Shown: piece after piece, positions 1 through 9,546 of the stretch | Numbering within the stretch: position 1 is the stretch's first letter | How the letters are laid out: each line of letters begins with the position of its first letter | DNA from: an uncultured virus (IMG/VR IMGVR_UViG_3300025529_000271) | Lineage: Duplodnaviria > Heunggongvirae > Uroviricota > Caudoviricetes | Length of the DNA: 64,000 nt | Strand: one strand, 5' to 3' | Virus record (IMG/VR): IMGVR_UViG_3300025529_000271 | Translations under genes and position numbers: made by a program | Notes under the pieces: generated by a model | Databases searched by the model: none | Told to the model about the DNA's origin: nothing | What the model saw: only the letters and a program-made list of their open reading frames with translations

Positions 1-207
1 ATGAGTCGGACTCAGAAAGTTACGGTTGTGGTATCAGGTGACCCACGTGAGTTAGCACCGACTTGTCTTCATCTTGCTCGTTTGGGGGTCGAGTTTTCTT
101 TCAAGATGTGGGAAATTAAGGCGAAGTTTGATACGCTTCAACAGGCAGAGAAGTTTGCTCGTAGTGTGCAGGATTCGCCGGGGTTGTATGCTACGGTCAA
201 GCATTAA
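1..207 (+). CDS. hypothetical protein (68 aa)
   Basis: ATG at window start, open to TAA, same strand as all neighbours. Confidence 0.6.
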   Translation: MSRTQKVTVVVSGDPRELAPTCLHLARLGVEFSFKMWEIKAKFDTLQQAEKFARSVQDSPGLYATVKH

Positions 208-393
208 ACCCATTAGGTTAGACGCATGAAGATCGATGGGGTAGTAATTTCATAGCTTTGAATTTTTGGCGCACTATCTCGAATCGTTTAAGGAAGCAGA
301 TTATTCTTAGAAGGCTTTCCTTTTACGAGGCGGTAGTGCGCTTTCGTACTTTATAGGTGTTTTCTAATACTTTACAATAGGGAGGTGGTTTAA

Positions 394-708
394 GTGGATG
401 CGGATACGAAATCGGTTTTGTTGGGGGTCATGTTGTTGCTCACGCTTGTACTATTTGTTATGGGGGTGGTGGGGTACTTCATTTACCGCCTAACTAAGTC
501 TAAGCGTGACCGTTATTGGGAGCAACTTGAAAACAATCATGAAGATCTATCACGACTAGCGCAGGAAACGGGAATGGGTGCTTATCAGCTTTTAGGAGTC
601 GGTCGCCACCACATGGAGCGAGCGAATCTTTTTTGGGCTTCAACGATTTGGTTCTTATTTGGGGCACTTTTTCTTATTATGGATCTAATCGTGTGGTTAG
701 GATTTTAA
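394..708 (+). CDS. small membrane protein (2 TM segments)
   Basis: GGGAGGTGG RBS before GTG; hydrophobic N- and C-terminal stretches. Confidence 0.7.
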   Translation: MDADTKSVLLGVMLLLTLVLFVMGVVGYFIYRLTKSKRDRYWEQLENNHEDLSRLAQETGMGAYQLLGVGRHHMERANLFWASTIWFLFGALFLIMDLIVWLGF

Positions 709-735
709 TTTTATAATTCATGAGGAGTGAGACTA

Positions 736-1107
736 ATGGGCGTATCCTCTAAGAAAATGAAGGAGTTAGTAGACAATTTGCACAGCCGAGGGATTACTCC
801 GGTTGTAGACACGGAGTTTGAGTATCTTTCGTATGATTATGCGAAGAAGGCTCCGTTGTACAATCACTTTCTTCAGTTGAAGGATGCAGGAGAGCTTCCT
901 TCTTTCGATAATTTGTCGGATGAGCAGTTGCGGCATTTGTGGTACATCGAGTGCATTTCAGACGCGGGGATCGCACGTCTTTTTGGAGTTTCAAAGAGCA
1001 AGGTTACGCGTCGGCGCACGGAATCCAACATTACGACTGTAGGTTGTTTGAAGCATGCGGCTGAGTTTGGTGGGAAATCTATGATTTGCTACCCGCTTCC
1101 GACATAA
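736..1107 (+). CDS. putative HTH DNA-binding protein
   Basis: GAGGAG RBS before ATG 736; C-terminal SDAGIARLFGVSKSKVTRRR is helix-turn-helix-like. Confidence 0.6.
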   Translation: MGVSSKKMKELVDNLHSRGITPVVDTEFEYLSYDYAKKAPLYNHFLQLKDAGELPSFDNLSDEQLRHLWYIECISDAGIARLFGVSKSKVTRRRTESNITTVGCLKHAAEFGGKSMICYPLPT

Positions 1108-1365
1108 TATCCTTTGTTCTCTGAGTCTTTGGGCTTTCCTAGACTCCAGCTTCGTTTTTGCAAGATTTCGCGCTCTTTTGGCTGTGTGAGAAAATTTTAG
1201 GACTACAAAGTATATTGGTGTGACTTCCACATGCTTTGCTCTTGTGATCATCGAAATTAACGGGTCTAAGTAGGAGAATTGTGGAAGCCTTCGGTGTATC
1301 GCCCTCTGGGGGTGTCGCTTGCACCGTATTAATCACAGCCCATTTTAAGAAAGGAGTGACCACCC

Positions 1366-1563
1366 ATGCTGTTGGGGGTACAGGAAATCCTTGCAACTGC
1401 TCATGCATTGATGGGAAAGCGTGTCCGTCTGCATGTAAGATCGGGGCGGGGTAGTCGGAAAGCCCATATTGCAACCATTCAGAAAATCACCCCGGCAGGG
1501 CTTGTCACGGACAAGGGCAACTTCAACCTTCAAGATGTCCTCCATCTTGAGACTTTGTTGTGA
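1366..1563 (+). CDS. Veg-like small Sm/SH3-fold protein
   Basis: AAAGGAG RBS; GKRVRLHVRSGR...ITP...NLQDVL pattern resembles Bacillota Veg. Confidence 0.45.
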   Translation: MLLGVQEILATAHALMGKRVRLHVRSGRGSRKAHIATIQKITPAGLVTDKGNFNLQDVLHLETLL

Positions 1564-1741
1564 TTGTAGTGATTTCTTTGACCAGCGTATGAAACATACG
1601 CTGGTCTTTTTATTTCTTTTGGTAGAAATAAAGTTGGGGGTTAGATTTACCTGCTTGTCCTAAAGGGAAAATTTTGTTACAATAAATAAGTAACTGCTCT
1701 TTTTCTCTTATTTTTAATTCTGGTCGTTAGGAAGGTGCTTT

Positions 1742-2575
1742 ATGGTATGGAGATTTGGATTTGAGTTAGAGTTTACTGGTTTGCATCGACAAGATGTAGC
1801 GAAGTTGATGATGAACTATTTTGGCGCTTCACATTATGAGTCGGTTTTGTCTACGGTGCATGATGACCCTTATTTCTATTATGTTGTACGTGATGCTCAA
1901 AAACGTCGTTGGAAAGCAGTTCGGGATCGGAGTATTACCTCTGCGGTTTATGCAGATAAAGCACCTTCTGATCGTTTAGATGTTGTGTCACTGACGGATC
2001 AAGGGGTTATTTTGTTTGATGATAACGACTATAAGGTTGAGTTAGTAACTCCAGCACTCACTTTGGACGATTTGCCTGTCCTGCTCGGGTTGGTCACGGA
2101 AATACGCCAGAGTGGGGGTATTGTCAATCATACTACAGGGATTCATATTCATGTAGATGCTAACGACGACTTGGGGTATATGATGGGTTTGTTGTCTCGT
2201 TTTGCGGCGAATCAGGATGCTATTTTGAGTTACTTCAAAACGGAGGTTTATCGTCGAGAGAAATATTGTAAGCCTTTCCCTCCTGAAGCAGTACAGGACT
2301 TCACGACTTTACATGGGAATATTTATACTGTACCCGATTTATTGGCGGTATATCGCGCTGTTTTGAGGCATGGGGTAACAGAGGACAACCCTCATCCTGA
2401 GCGTTATTATGCGCTTAATTATCATAGCGTTGAGAAGCATAATACGGTAGAATTTCGATTTTTCAATTCTACATTGGAGTCTTCTGAGGTTCAACATATT
2501 GTGGAATGGGTGTATGCGTTTACAGCTCTTGGGGAGCTTCATTTGCCGGATCAAGATTTGTTAGTTGCGATGTAA
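1742..2575 (+). CDS. putative amidoligase (Amidoligase_2, COOH-NH2 ligase)
   Basis: motifs RFGFELEF, ELVTP, TGIHIHV, RYYALN, TVEFRFF. Confidence 0.85.
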   Translation: MVWRFGFELEFTGLHRQDVAKLMMNYFGASHYESVLSTVHDDPYFYYVVRDAQKRRWKAVRDRSITSAVYADKAPSDRLDVVSLTDQGVILFDDNDYKVELVTPALTLDDLPVLLGLVTEIRQSGGIVNHTTGIHIHVDANDDLGYMMGLLSRFAANQDAILSYFKTEVYRREKYCKPFPPEAVQDFTTLHGNIYTVPDLLAVYRAVLRHGVTEDNPHPERYYALNYHSVEKHNTVEFRFFNSTLESSEVQHIVEWVYAFTALGELHLPDQDLLVAM

Positions 2576-2582
2576 TAGAGTT

Positions 2583-2620
2583 GGCGCGTCGGTATCTGTA
2601 CCTGACGCGTCTTTTCTTTT
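2583..2620 (+). terminator. intrinsic terminator
   Basis: GGCGCGTC...GACGCGTC hairpin followed by T tract. Confidence 0.65.
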
Positions 2621-2700
2621 CCCGAATTTGTCAAGTATAATCGAACCCGCATTGGGGTAGGTTAAAACTGCAGTCAATTCATTTATGGGAGGCGCTTTTC

Positions 2701-2982
2701 ATGGCGAAAACTGGTGTTTATGGTGATCCTGCTGTCGAGACAAAAATCTCATTAGCGGGTTCTGAGGTTGTAGCTGTTAAGAAGAACGGTCAAGGTGATA
2801 TCGAAAAGTTCAAATTGGCGGATGGTCGGGTTATCAGCTATGATGAAGCGATTTCATTGGTTAAGAGTAATCAATCTCACGGTCTGATTTTGCAAAAAGG
2901 GAACACTGGGCAAGCTGTTTTGCGTTCTAAGCCTGATGCTTCTGATGATAATAACTTGGATTCCCTCCCGACTTTTGAATAA
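2701..2982 (+). CDS. DUF3892 family protein
   Basis: VVAVKKN..GDI..FKLADG...LRSKPD...NNLDSLPTF signature; GGGAGG RBS. Confidence 0.8.
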   Translation: MAKTGVYGDPAVETKISLAGSEVVAVKKNGQGDIEKFKLADGRVISYDEAISLVKSNQSHGLILQKGNTGQAVLRSKPDASDDNNLDSLPTFE

Positions 2983-2999
2983 TTTTTTGACTTATAGAG

Positions 3000-3025
3000 G
3001 AACTCCCTTTGTGGGAGTTCTTTTT
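3000..3025 (+). terminator. intrinsic terminator
   Basis: GAACTCCC-tttgt-GGGAGTTC plus TTTTT. Confidence 0.8.
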
Positions 3026-3139
3026 ATGTTATTGAGGTATTATTTTTAGATAAAAGTTTCAGGATGTCGGAAACTTGCTGGCGTTTTAATGAAACGTTTT
3101 TTATACTATTAACATCTTCATGGTTAGGAGGTAGCGAGT

Positions 3140-3538
3140 TTGAACTGGTACGGTTTAGAGTATTTTTCCGGGAAGAGTACGGGAAAGCATCTTCATCGTT
3201 TTGTGAAACTCACGCGTCCTTATCAAGGGGTCTGTCAAGGCACTATTTTTGCGGTTAAGGAGTATCTTCCCGGCACGGGTCTTATCTGTGTTGTTAATCA
3301 GGAGTTTCCTTCGGGTTTTGTCGTACCTTCGGAGTTGTTGGAGTTCAGCTTGCTTGAGTGGCGTACTGTTACGAACGGACATTTCGGACTTCCGAGGGGT
3401 ACTTGGTTGGTGGTTTTTGTGCAGGAGATTGAGGATCAGGACGTTCTGTCGCTTTCTTTTGAGTATTATGATTCTCAAGGCAAGTTGGTGGGTTCGGAAG
3501 CTATGCAAAGTCCGTTGTTAATGGAGGCGGAAGCCTAG
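3140..3538 (+). CDS. hypothetical protein
   Basis: AGGAGG RBS before TTG; 132 aa ORF. Confidence 0.6.
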   Translation: MNWYGLEYFSGKSTGKHLHRFVKLTRPYQGVCQGTIFAVKEYLPGTGLICVVNQEFPSGFVVPSELLEFSLLEWRTVTNGHFGLPRGTWLVVFVQEIEDQDVLSLSFEYYDSQGKLVGSEAMQSPLLMEAEA

Positions 3539-3553
3539 TCGTGGGGGTATGTC

Positions 3554-3901
3554 ATGAATGCTTTTGTAGTTGAAGGTACTGCGGATGAGCAACACTTAAA
3601 AACGCTTTATCCTGACTTGTACTGTGTGGTTACACATGGTACACGCATGAATAATCGGGTAAAGTCGCTTGTTGAGAAGGCTTTGCAAGAGTGCGATCAG
3701 GTTTTTCTGCTCTCCGATCCCGATGAGGCTGGAGATGCGTTGGCGCATATGGTCATGCGTTTCTTCCCTACGGTAGTGCGTATTCCTTTGAACCCGGAAC
3801 GGTGCAAAGTGCTGAATGCACGGGGCAACCGTTACTCTTACGGGGTCGAGCATGCGGACTTGGAGTATCTGAAGACTGTCTTGCAAGCCTATGTTAAGTA
3901 A
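3554..3901 (+). CDS. standalone Toprim domain protein (RNase M5/YusF-like)
   Basis: VVEGxxD, SDPDEAG, GVEHA motifs. Confidence 0.8.
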   Translation: MNAFVVEGTADEQHLKTLYPDLYCVVTHGTRMNNRVKSLVEKALQECDQVFLLSDPDEAGDALAHMVMRFFPTVVRIPLNPERCKVLNARGNRYSYGVEHADLEYLKTVLQAYVK

Positions 3902-3930
3902 CTCTTTGTTGGACTTCCATAAATAATCTA

Positions 3931-3959
3931 TTGACATATCTATGAAATTTTGGTATAAT
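3931..3959 (+). promoter_or_regulatory. consensus sigmaA promoter with extended -10
   Basis: TTGACA-17 bp-TATAAT with TG upstream of the -10. Confidence 0.85.
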
Positions 3960-4156
3960 GATCGAGGTCTTTCTCGCCTGTTCTATTTCTATATGATGGA
4001 ACTGCGGGAATGTACCTCTTTTATTTTTCTATAATGACTTAGGTTGTGCTTTTATAGAAGTACATATTTGCCATCTTTTCGGTCTAGAAACCTGCAGTTG
4101 TTTGATGCTTTTGCTACGCGGGTCTATATTAGGTAGCTAACTAAGGAGGGGTAGGC

Positions 4157-5206
4157 ATGCCGAAAATTTTGGCGGTTTTGATGGATGGTAAAAGCCCATC
4201 GAATCCTTTGGGCTTGCGGTTTGAGATTGAAAACAGTGATAATACTACGTCGTTGGTAGATGTGCCGATCACGGACATTCCAAAGCGCTATCATGAGGCG
4301 CTGGTGGCATTTCCGCGTTTGTTGCTGTATGAGCGCGGGGAATATTACGCCACGGAGCAGGAACTGAATTCCGGGGTCTTTGTGGATGGGGCTGATCCGG
4401 CGGACTATCCTTGGTTGTTCACCTGCTTTGACAAGGAGTATTTTGACACGGACAATTGTGACTCGGTGGTGGACATGCTCCAATGGCTCCGGGTGTATTC
4501 TAACCTTACTGCTTCGGAGTTGTATGCGCTCGGGCAAAGCATGATGAAATACCTCACCCCAGAAAAATTCTCGCAAGCGGTGTTTAATCGCTTCCCAGAT
4601 CATCCTGAAGCGGGGCATGTCATTCGCTCTATCTTCATATCAAGGGGTACGGCACTGGATCGTGATGTAAAGGAGTTCAATAAGTTTGTAAATGAACTGC
4701 GCCAGCAAGATCTGATTCCGGTTCGAGCGCTCCCGCCACTTGATAAGGGGTTTGACTCCTTAAACTACTCTCTCCCGCTCGATGAAGCCCAATGTTCGAC
4801 GCCTGAAGCGTTTCTGGAGGCGTTCCAAGCACTGCAACGCGGGGTAGGAACACCGGACAATATTCGTGTCTGCACAGGGCGCGGAGAGTGCTACACTCCT
4901 GCAGGTTTCCGGGTTAAAGGGAAGGTTTTGGCGGTTGCTAATCAAAAGGTCAATTTCTTCAAAAATGCAAATGGGGAATTCTGCGTTTCGCAAATCGACA
5001 AGCCGAAGTTGGTTCAATATGTTTCGAACTATGAAACGATGCCGCTTCGCGCTAGGAAATCCGGCAAACGTCCGGTAAAAAGTATCTTGGTCGATATTAA
5101 CAAGATCGTTGGGATTTGGGTGCATCAGAGCGCAAAACATCTGTTCCCGGTAGCGGAGCAGATCGCCAAGGATTTGAATATTCAGGTTTTCACCATTTCG
5201 CTCTAA
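4157..5206 (+). CDS. hypothetical protein (349 aa)
   Basis: AAGGAGG RBS, long ORF, followed by terminator. Confidence 0.8.
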   Translation: MPKILAVLMDGKSPSNPLGLRFEIENSDNTTSLVDVPITDIPKRYHEALVAFPRLLLYERGEYYATEQELNSGVFVDGADPADYPWLFTCFDKEYFDTDNCDSVVDMLQWLRVYSNLTASELYALGQSMMKYLTPEKFSQAVFNRFPDHPEAGHVIRSIFISRGTALDRDVKEFNKFVNELRQQDLIPVRALPPLDKGFDSLNYSLPLDEAQCSTPEAFLEAFQALQRGVGTPDNIRVCTGRGECYTPAGFRVKGKVLAVANQKVNFFKNANGEFCVSQIDKPKLVQYVSNYETMPLRARKSGKRPVKSILVDINKIVGIWVHQSAKHLFPVAEQIAKDLNIQVFTISL

Positions 5207-5231
5207 TTCTCTATTATACATCCTTCAAGTG

Positions 5232-5268
5232 GAGAAGTTGCATTTAAGTGCGACTTCTCTTTCTTTTT
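5232..5268 (+). terminator. intrinsic terminator
   Basis: GAGAAGTTGCA-ttta-agTGCGACTTCTC plus T tract. Confidence 0.7.
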
Positions 5269-5327
5269 GGATGTGATAGTGGACGTAGGACATAACTCTT
5301 AGTTATTCACGGGGAGGGGGTATTTTT

Positions 5328-5768
5328 ATGTTGCGAAATGCAGTTCCGGTTGAGGTTCGGTTTATTCAAGATGGGGCTGGTAGGTCGGTGTGTCCTTGTG
5401 TTTTAACGGAAGTAGGTCTATTTTCTACTGGAGATGGTTCGGTTCATTTGGAGGCGGTTTATCAATCGGCAGACGGTTCGCTGGCGAAGAAACCAGTGAA
5501 ATGGCTTAACATCTCCAGCGGGACTTTCGTTTTGACAAAGCCGACTTATGGTATGAAGAAGGGCACTCTCATCGCCAAGTTCTCCGAACGAATTAACGGA
5601 GATACGTGGAGCGACTATTATATTACTCAGGATGGGGTACTCTTACTGGAACATGATTTTCGTCAGCTCCCCAACAAAAAGACTATTACTCTGCAACTGA
5701 GGCGTCATTACAATCCTTTCAAAGTCTTTTTCCGGGATCTTGTCAATCGTTTGAAGCACAAGGGGTAA
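5328..5768 (+). CDS. hypothetical protein
   Basis: GGAGG RBS; 146 aa ORF. Confidence 0.7.
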   Translation: MLRNAVPVEVRFIQDGAGRSVCPCVLTEVGLFSTGDGSVHLEAVYQSADGSLAKKPVKWLNISSGTFVLTKPTYGMKKGTLIAKFSERINGDTWSDYYITQDGVLLLEHDFRQLPNKKTITLQLRRHYNPFKVFFRDLVNRLKHKG

Positions 5769-5810
5769 CTGTAAGGTTCTCTTATATCGTTGGGCGCATC
5801 CCGTTTTATT
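5732..5810 (+). repeat. dispersed repeat B, copy 1 (copy 2 at ~8041-8119)
   Basis: ungapped similarity, core CAAGGGGTA..TGTAAGG.TCTCTTATAT.GTTGG. Confidence 0.85.
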
Positions 5811-5846
5811 GTATGAATTACAATAAATTAAGTGGTGGTGTTTAGT

Positions 5847-6395
5847 ATGAAGGTGTCTGTAAGTTTCAATGTTTCGAGTGAGGAAAATGAGGTTCGCGGA
5901 ACTAACAAAGAAAAGAAAGTTCGTCCCCTTTGGAAGGGGGTTAAAGATTCCAATCCTGTGTTAACACGTATTTGGGAGACCTATAATGGTATGGTGGAAT
6001 TGGTAACGAATCCGTTATATCGTAATGGGTGGTTTGTTCTTGAATCTGCTAGTTTAGCGAGGGCAGGGAAACCGCATACCTTTAAGTACACTACCCCTGA
6101 GGGTCTTATTCGAATGATCCTTAAGCATCGGGATTTGGGGTATATGGACTATCATATGACGGTAACCTTCAAACCATTTACTGAGCATCCTAGAGAAGAC
6201 TTGGTTTTGCGGGCACTGCAGGTGAAAGAGTTGAAGAAGTCGGTTAAACATGGTATCTATATTGACCCTAACGGTAGATGGGTTTTTGGCGGGGATAAGC
6301 CCACTGTTGGTTGTAAGATTTTGCGGGTGAAGAAGGGTCAACTCGTTCAAGTTGAGTTGACTGCTGAGAACATTCACAAGTATGTGAAGGGGTAA
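5847..6395 (+). CDS. hypothetical basic protein
   Basis: long ORF, ATG at 5847, followed by terminator. Confidence 0.7.
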   Translation: MKVSVSFNVSSEENEVRGTNKEKKVRPLWKGVKDSNPVLTRIWETYNGMVELVTNPLYRNGWFVLESASLARAGKPHTFKYTTPEGLIRMILKHRDLGYMDYHMTVTFKPFTEHPREDLVLRALQVKELKKSVKHGIYIDPNGRWVFGGDKPTVGCKILRVKKGQLVQVELTAENIHKYVKG

Positions 6396-6408
6396 TTAAC
6401 GGGAAAGG

Positions 6409-6445
6409 CTCGGGTTGGCGTTAAGACCAACCCGAGTTTTTTTTT
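6409..6445 (+). terminator. intrinsic terminator
   Basis: CTCGGGTTGG...CCAACCCGAG plus T9. Confidence 0.85.
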
Positions 6446-6586
6446 ATATTTGTATATTTTTAGGAGTTGTGCTTGAATGCTCAAGAGTATGTCGTTACAA
6501 TAAAAGAAGATAATATCAAAATTTAGCGGCATAATAGAAGAAAGGAGGCGGGGGTAAGTGTTCAGGCGAAATCGCGGATATGATGC

Positions 6587-7978
6587 TTGCAGACTAACGA
6601 ATATTTATATGGATGCTATCTTTTTATTAACGTTTATCATTCTGCCGATGAAGCTGAACACTTACCGGGGTGTATGAGTTTGGTGGATGTCTTGGGTAAT
6701 ATGAAGTATGATCAGAGCAGAGTCTACGAAAGACTCATTGGGGTATGTGACTCGAAAAAGGTCTTGTATGAAGAATTTAAGGAGTGCGTGGTTGATTTTT
6801 TCGGGGACTACAAGCATGTTCTTCATTGTTTCTCTGAGGCAAACCGTCTTTTAAGAGCAAATGGTTTAGCCATACTCTCTCAACATCAAGTCAGGGGGAT
6901 TTGTAGATTTTTGAAGAATCGCTACGAGAAGGAATTTGGTCTTATTGGTCTGGAAGAGGGTCAGGATGGTAGGGTCACTTCACCTGAAGCCGTGCCTTGC
7001 TCTCAGTCACAGCTCGGGGATTCTTCTTTTGATGATTCGTCAGACCCTGAGGTTGCCGCATCTTGTGAATCGGTCGGTACTTCCATAACTTTAACTCCCG
7101 AGAGTCATGCACCTTGCGGGGTATTAGACACTATGACATCAACTACCCTCAATCGGAGAAGGGGTAGAAAGCCGAAACATCTTAAAGTGGGTGAGATTGT
7201 CGACACTGATCAGTCGAAATCTGAAGATGGGGCTGTTCCACCTACAGATGAGTCCGTGAATTTCACTTTTGATGAGCCTAGAAGGTTTGTAAACGAAAAA
7301 GGGGAGTACCAGTATGTGAATTGTGCAGATCCGTTTCATAGGAAGGTCTACATCCTTTCGGAGGCGTTTATTGAAGCTTTCGATCTTCACGAGTCGGGTG
7401 GGGTTGCGAAGTCTTTGCAAATGGTAGCTGATGTTTTGAATAAGGAGTTGGAAGAACGGATATCCAAGGGTGAAGATGTGGGGTTTGAGAGAAATAAGGG
7501 TCTTAACTATTTGAAAAAGTGTAGGAGTATGTGTATGTCTGCCATAAAATTTGCTAAAGGCTACATAAAAATACTCGATAGTTCTGGGAATACCAGTCCA
7601 GAGGCTTTTATCCGCCTACTGCCCAAAGCGGTAGGTAGGGACTACTTGGGGGTAAGTTTGTTTTTACATAAAGCCACCATGTCTTTAGAGGATCAGGCTT
7701 CTTACATTGAAATGATAATGCAGGGTTTGGATTCACCTCAAGTGGAGCGCGTCAAGAGGGTTATGGAATGGACTAGGGTTTTGAACAGTCAGGACACTTT
7801 CACTTTCACTGAGGCGGTCAAAAATACCGCTATGTTGCTCGCCTTAACTCGACCAACAACTATAAGGCTAAGGATGTTAGGGAAAATTACCTTAATGTGG
7901 TTAGATGGGTGGAGTTTTGCAAACGCGCTGTTGATGTTTATCATACGTTCTGGCGGCGTTGATGCTGGGAAGATTTGA
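6587..7978 (+). CDS. hypothetical protein with AT-hook-like RRRGRKPK motif; start uncertain
   Basis: 463 aa ORF; the strong upstream RBS is out of frame with it. Confidence 0.7.
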   Translation: MQTNEYLYGCYLFINVYHSADEAEHLPGCMSLVDVLGNMKYDQSRVYERLIGVCDSKKVLYEEFKECVVDFFGDYKHVLHCFSEANRLLRANGLAILSQHQVRGICRFLKNRYEKEFGLIGLEEGQDGRVTSPEAVPCSQSQLGDSSFDDSSDPEVAASCESVGTSITLTPESHAPCGVLDTMTSTTLNRRRGRKPKHLKVGEIVDTDQSKSEDGAVPPTDESVNFTFDEPRRFVNEKGEYQYVNCADPFHRKVYILSEAFIEAFDLHESGGVAKSLQMVADVLNKELEERISKGEDVGFERNKGLNYLKKCRSMCMSAIKFAKGYIKILDSSGNTSPEAFIRLLPKAVGRDYLGVSLFLHKATMSLEDQASYIEMIMQGLDSPQVERVKRVMEWTRVLNSQDTFTFTEAVKNTAMLLALTRPTTIRLRMLGKITLMWLDGWSFANALLMFIIRSGGVDAGKI

Positions 7979-8047
7979 TCCGTCTTCTTCAGCATCCTTA
8001 CACCTGCGTGAGAACGGTAGTTTCGCTTATGTGAGTTGCTCCGGGGT
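7966..8047 (+). repeat. dispersed repeat A, copy 1 (copy 2 at ~10150-10230)
   Basis: TGGGAAGATTTGA.CCGTCTTCTTCAGCATCCTT...CGGTAGTTTCGCTTATGTGAGT shared. Confidence 0.9.
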
Positions 8048-8119
8048 CTCCTCACTTGTTTAACTCGCAAGGGGTAGTTGTAAGGCTCTCTTATATTGTT
8101 GGACTCATCTCGTTTTATT
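8041..8119 (+). repeat. dispersed repeat B, copy 2
   Basis: aligns to 5732-5810. Confidence 0.85.
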
Positions 8120-8256
8120 ATGAGGAGAGTACATTCCTGTTACAATTTGTTAAAGTTACCCGAATTGGGGTAGTTTGTTTGATTCTGATTTACATTGGTA
8201 TGTTAGCGCCTTTGGCGTTGGCATAAATTTTACATTTTAGTGGAGGGAAACAGAAA

Positions 8257-8688
8257 ATGAGAGCAGAGAGAAAGGACTTCAAAAAGTGGGTCATTACGTC
8301 TATGAGTGTCGTGGCACTTTTGTCAGTGTTGACTGCGTGCAACGACAAGGAGCCTGCGGATTCTACGGTCATCGCTCCCGCTCCTGTCCCGTCGGAAAGC
8401 GTCATTGAGGATCAAGCCAATGCTCCTATTGATGAGCAGTCGATGGTAGAGGAAGAGACTTCCGCTACGGAAGATGCCACTGGGGTGGAGGGAGACGCGG
8501 TATCACCGTCTGAAGACGGTGTAGTCGAAGAACCTTCGGCTGATATCGAAGTTGCACCCGAAGAGTCTGATGTTACGGAAGAGGCTCCGGCAGAAAATGC
8601 AGATACCCCGGTTGGGGTAGAAGTGCTTCCAGCTCCGTCTGATGAACCGGCTGTGGAGATCGAAGTACCTACGGAATCCACCAACTAA
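8257..8688 (+). CDS. lipoprotein with acidic, disordered E/P/A-rich body
   Basis: GGAGG RBS, signal peptide with lipobox LTAC. Confidence 0.8.
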   Translation: MRAERKDFKKWVITSMSVVALLSVLTACNDKEPADSTVIAPAPVPSESVIEDQANAPIDEQSMVEEETSATEDATGVEGDAVSPSEDGVVEEPSADIEVAPEESDVTEEAPAENADTPVGVEVLPAPSDEPAVEIEVPTESTN

Positions 8689-8705
8689 TTCTGTTGCACA
8701 TTGAG

Positions 8706-8738
8706 AAAGACCCTTTGAAAAGAGGGTCTTTTCTTTTT
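8706..8738 (+). terminator. intrinsic terminator
   Basis: AAAGACCCT...AGGGTCTTT plus T tract. Confidence 0.8.
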
Positions 8739-8809
8739 AGTGCTTAGTTTTTTCGGGGGTACTGTAAACTAAGTTCTATTGTATCATTAAATTAGAGGAG
8801 CGGACGACT

Positions 8810-9442
8810 ATGTACGGAATTCATTGTGCTTCGCAAATTAAGTTTAATCCAGCGGATCTGGTGCATGCGGTGAGTGTTGTTGGGACGTTTAACCCTGATG
8901 AGCAACTTTCGCGGGCGGCGCATCGAATGGCGCAAATTGTTGTCAATACGGGTTCGACGCTCGTTACGGACACCACGGTTGGGGTAAATCATGCCGCCTT
9001 TTATGGCGCTATGAAAGGTGAGCCTAACAATCCGGCAAGCCCGAAGTGTGTTTTGCTTATTCGAGAAGACTTGTACTATAATGGACGTAAAGTGGAGCGC
9101 GGGGAAATTAGTTCTAAAATTACTAACGCCCATAATCATGGGGTAGTCATTACACTTAGTCCTGCACTCTTTTCTGATCCGGGAGTTCCTGTTATTCCAA
9201 TCATGAAAGCCGCTCTTTCTGGGGAAATTTACATTATGTCACATGTGAATAATATTTTGGGTTCGGCAAGGACAGTTGTCAGCTATGCGAATTTGTTTAA
9301 CCGGATGGTGAGAGTTTTTGGAGCAGATGGTCTTTCGAAGCCTGTTAATCCGCGTGTTGTTGGGGTAGCCGAGTTTCCTAAAGGACGGGTTGGAGAAGCG
9401 TTGCGGCGAATCATTTGGGAGTTGACGTGCCGTGAAGTGTAA
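8810..9442 (+). CDS. divergent DprA/SLOG-fold protein
   Basis: AVSVVGT...GSTLVT...GVNHAAFYGAM and GSARTVVSYA resemble degenerate DprA motifs. Confidence 0.5.
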   Translation: MYGIHCASQIKFNPADLVHAVSVVGTFNPDEQLSRAAHRMAQIVVNTGSTLVTDTTVGVNHAAFYGAMKGEPNNPASPKCVLLIREDLYYNGRKVERGEISSKITNAHNHGVVITLSPALFSDPGVPVIPIMKAALSGEIYIMSHVNNILGSARTVVSYANLFNRMVRVFGADGLSKPVNPRVVGVAEFPKGRVGEALRRIIWELTCREV

Positions 9443-9462
9443 GTGTATAATAACGTCAGTAG

Positions 9463-9494
9463 TACCACCAACATTAAATGTTGGTGGTCTTTTT
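9463..9494 (+). terminator. intrinsic terminator
   Basis: ACCACCAACATT-AAATGTTGGTGGT plus T tract. Confidence 0.8.
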
Positions 9495-9546
9495 GCGATA
9501 ATGGGTTGGACAAGCCTTAAATAAATATTCTTAATGAGAGGAGGGT

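Noticed and set aside
7966..8119. IS/MITE ends
   Set aside because: No terminal inverted repeats, target duplication or transposase; the pieces match neighbouring gene ends instead.
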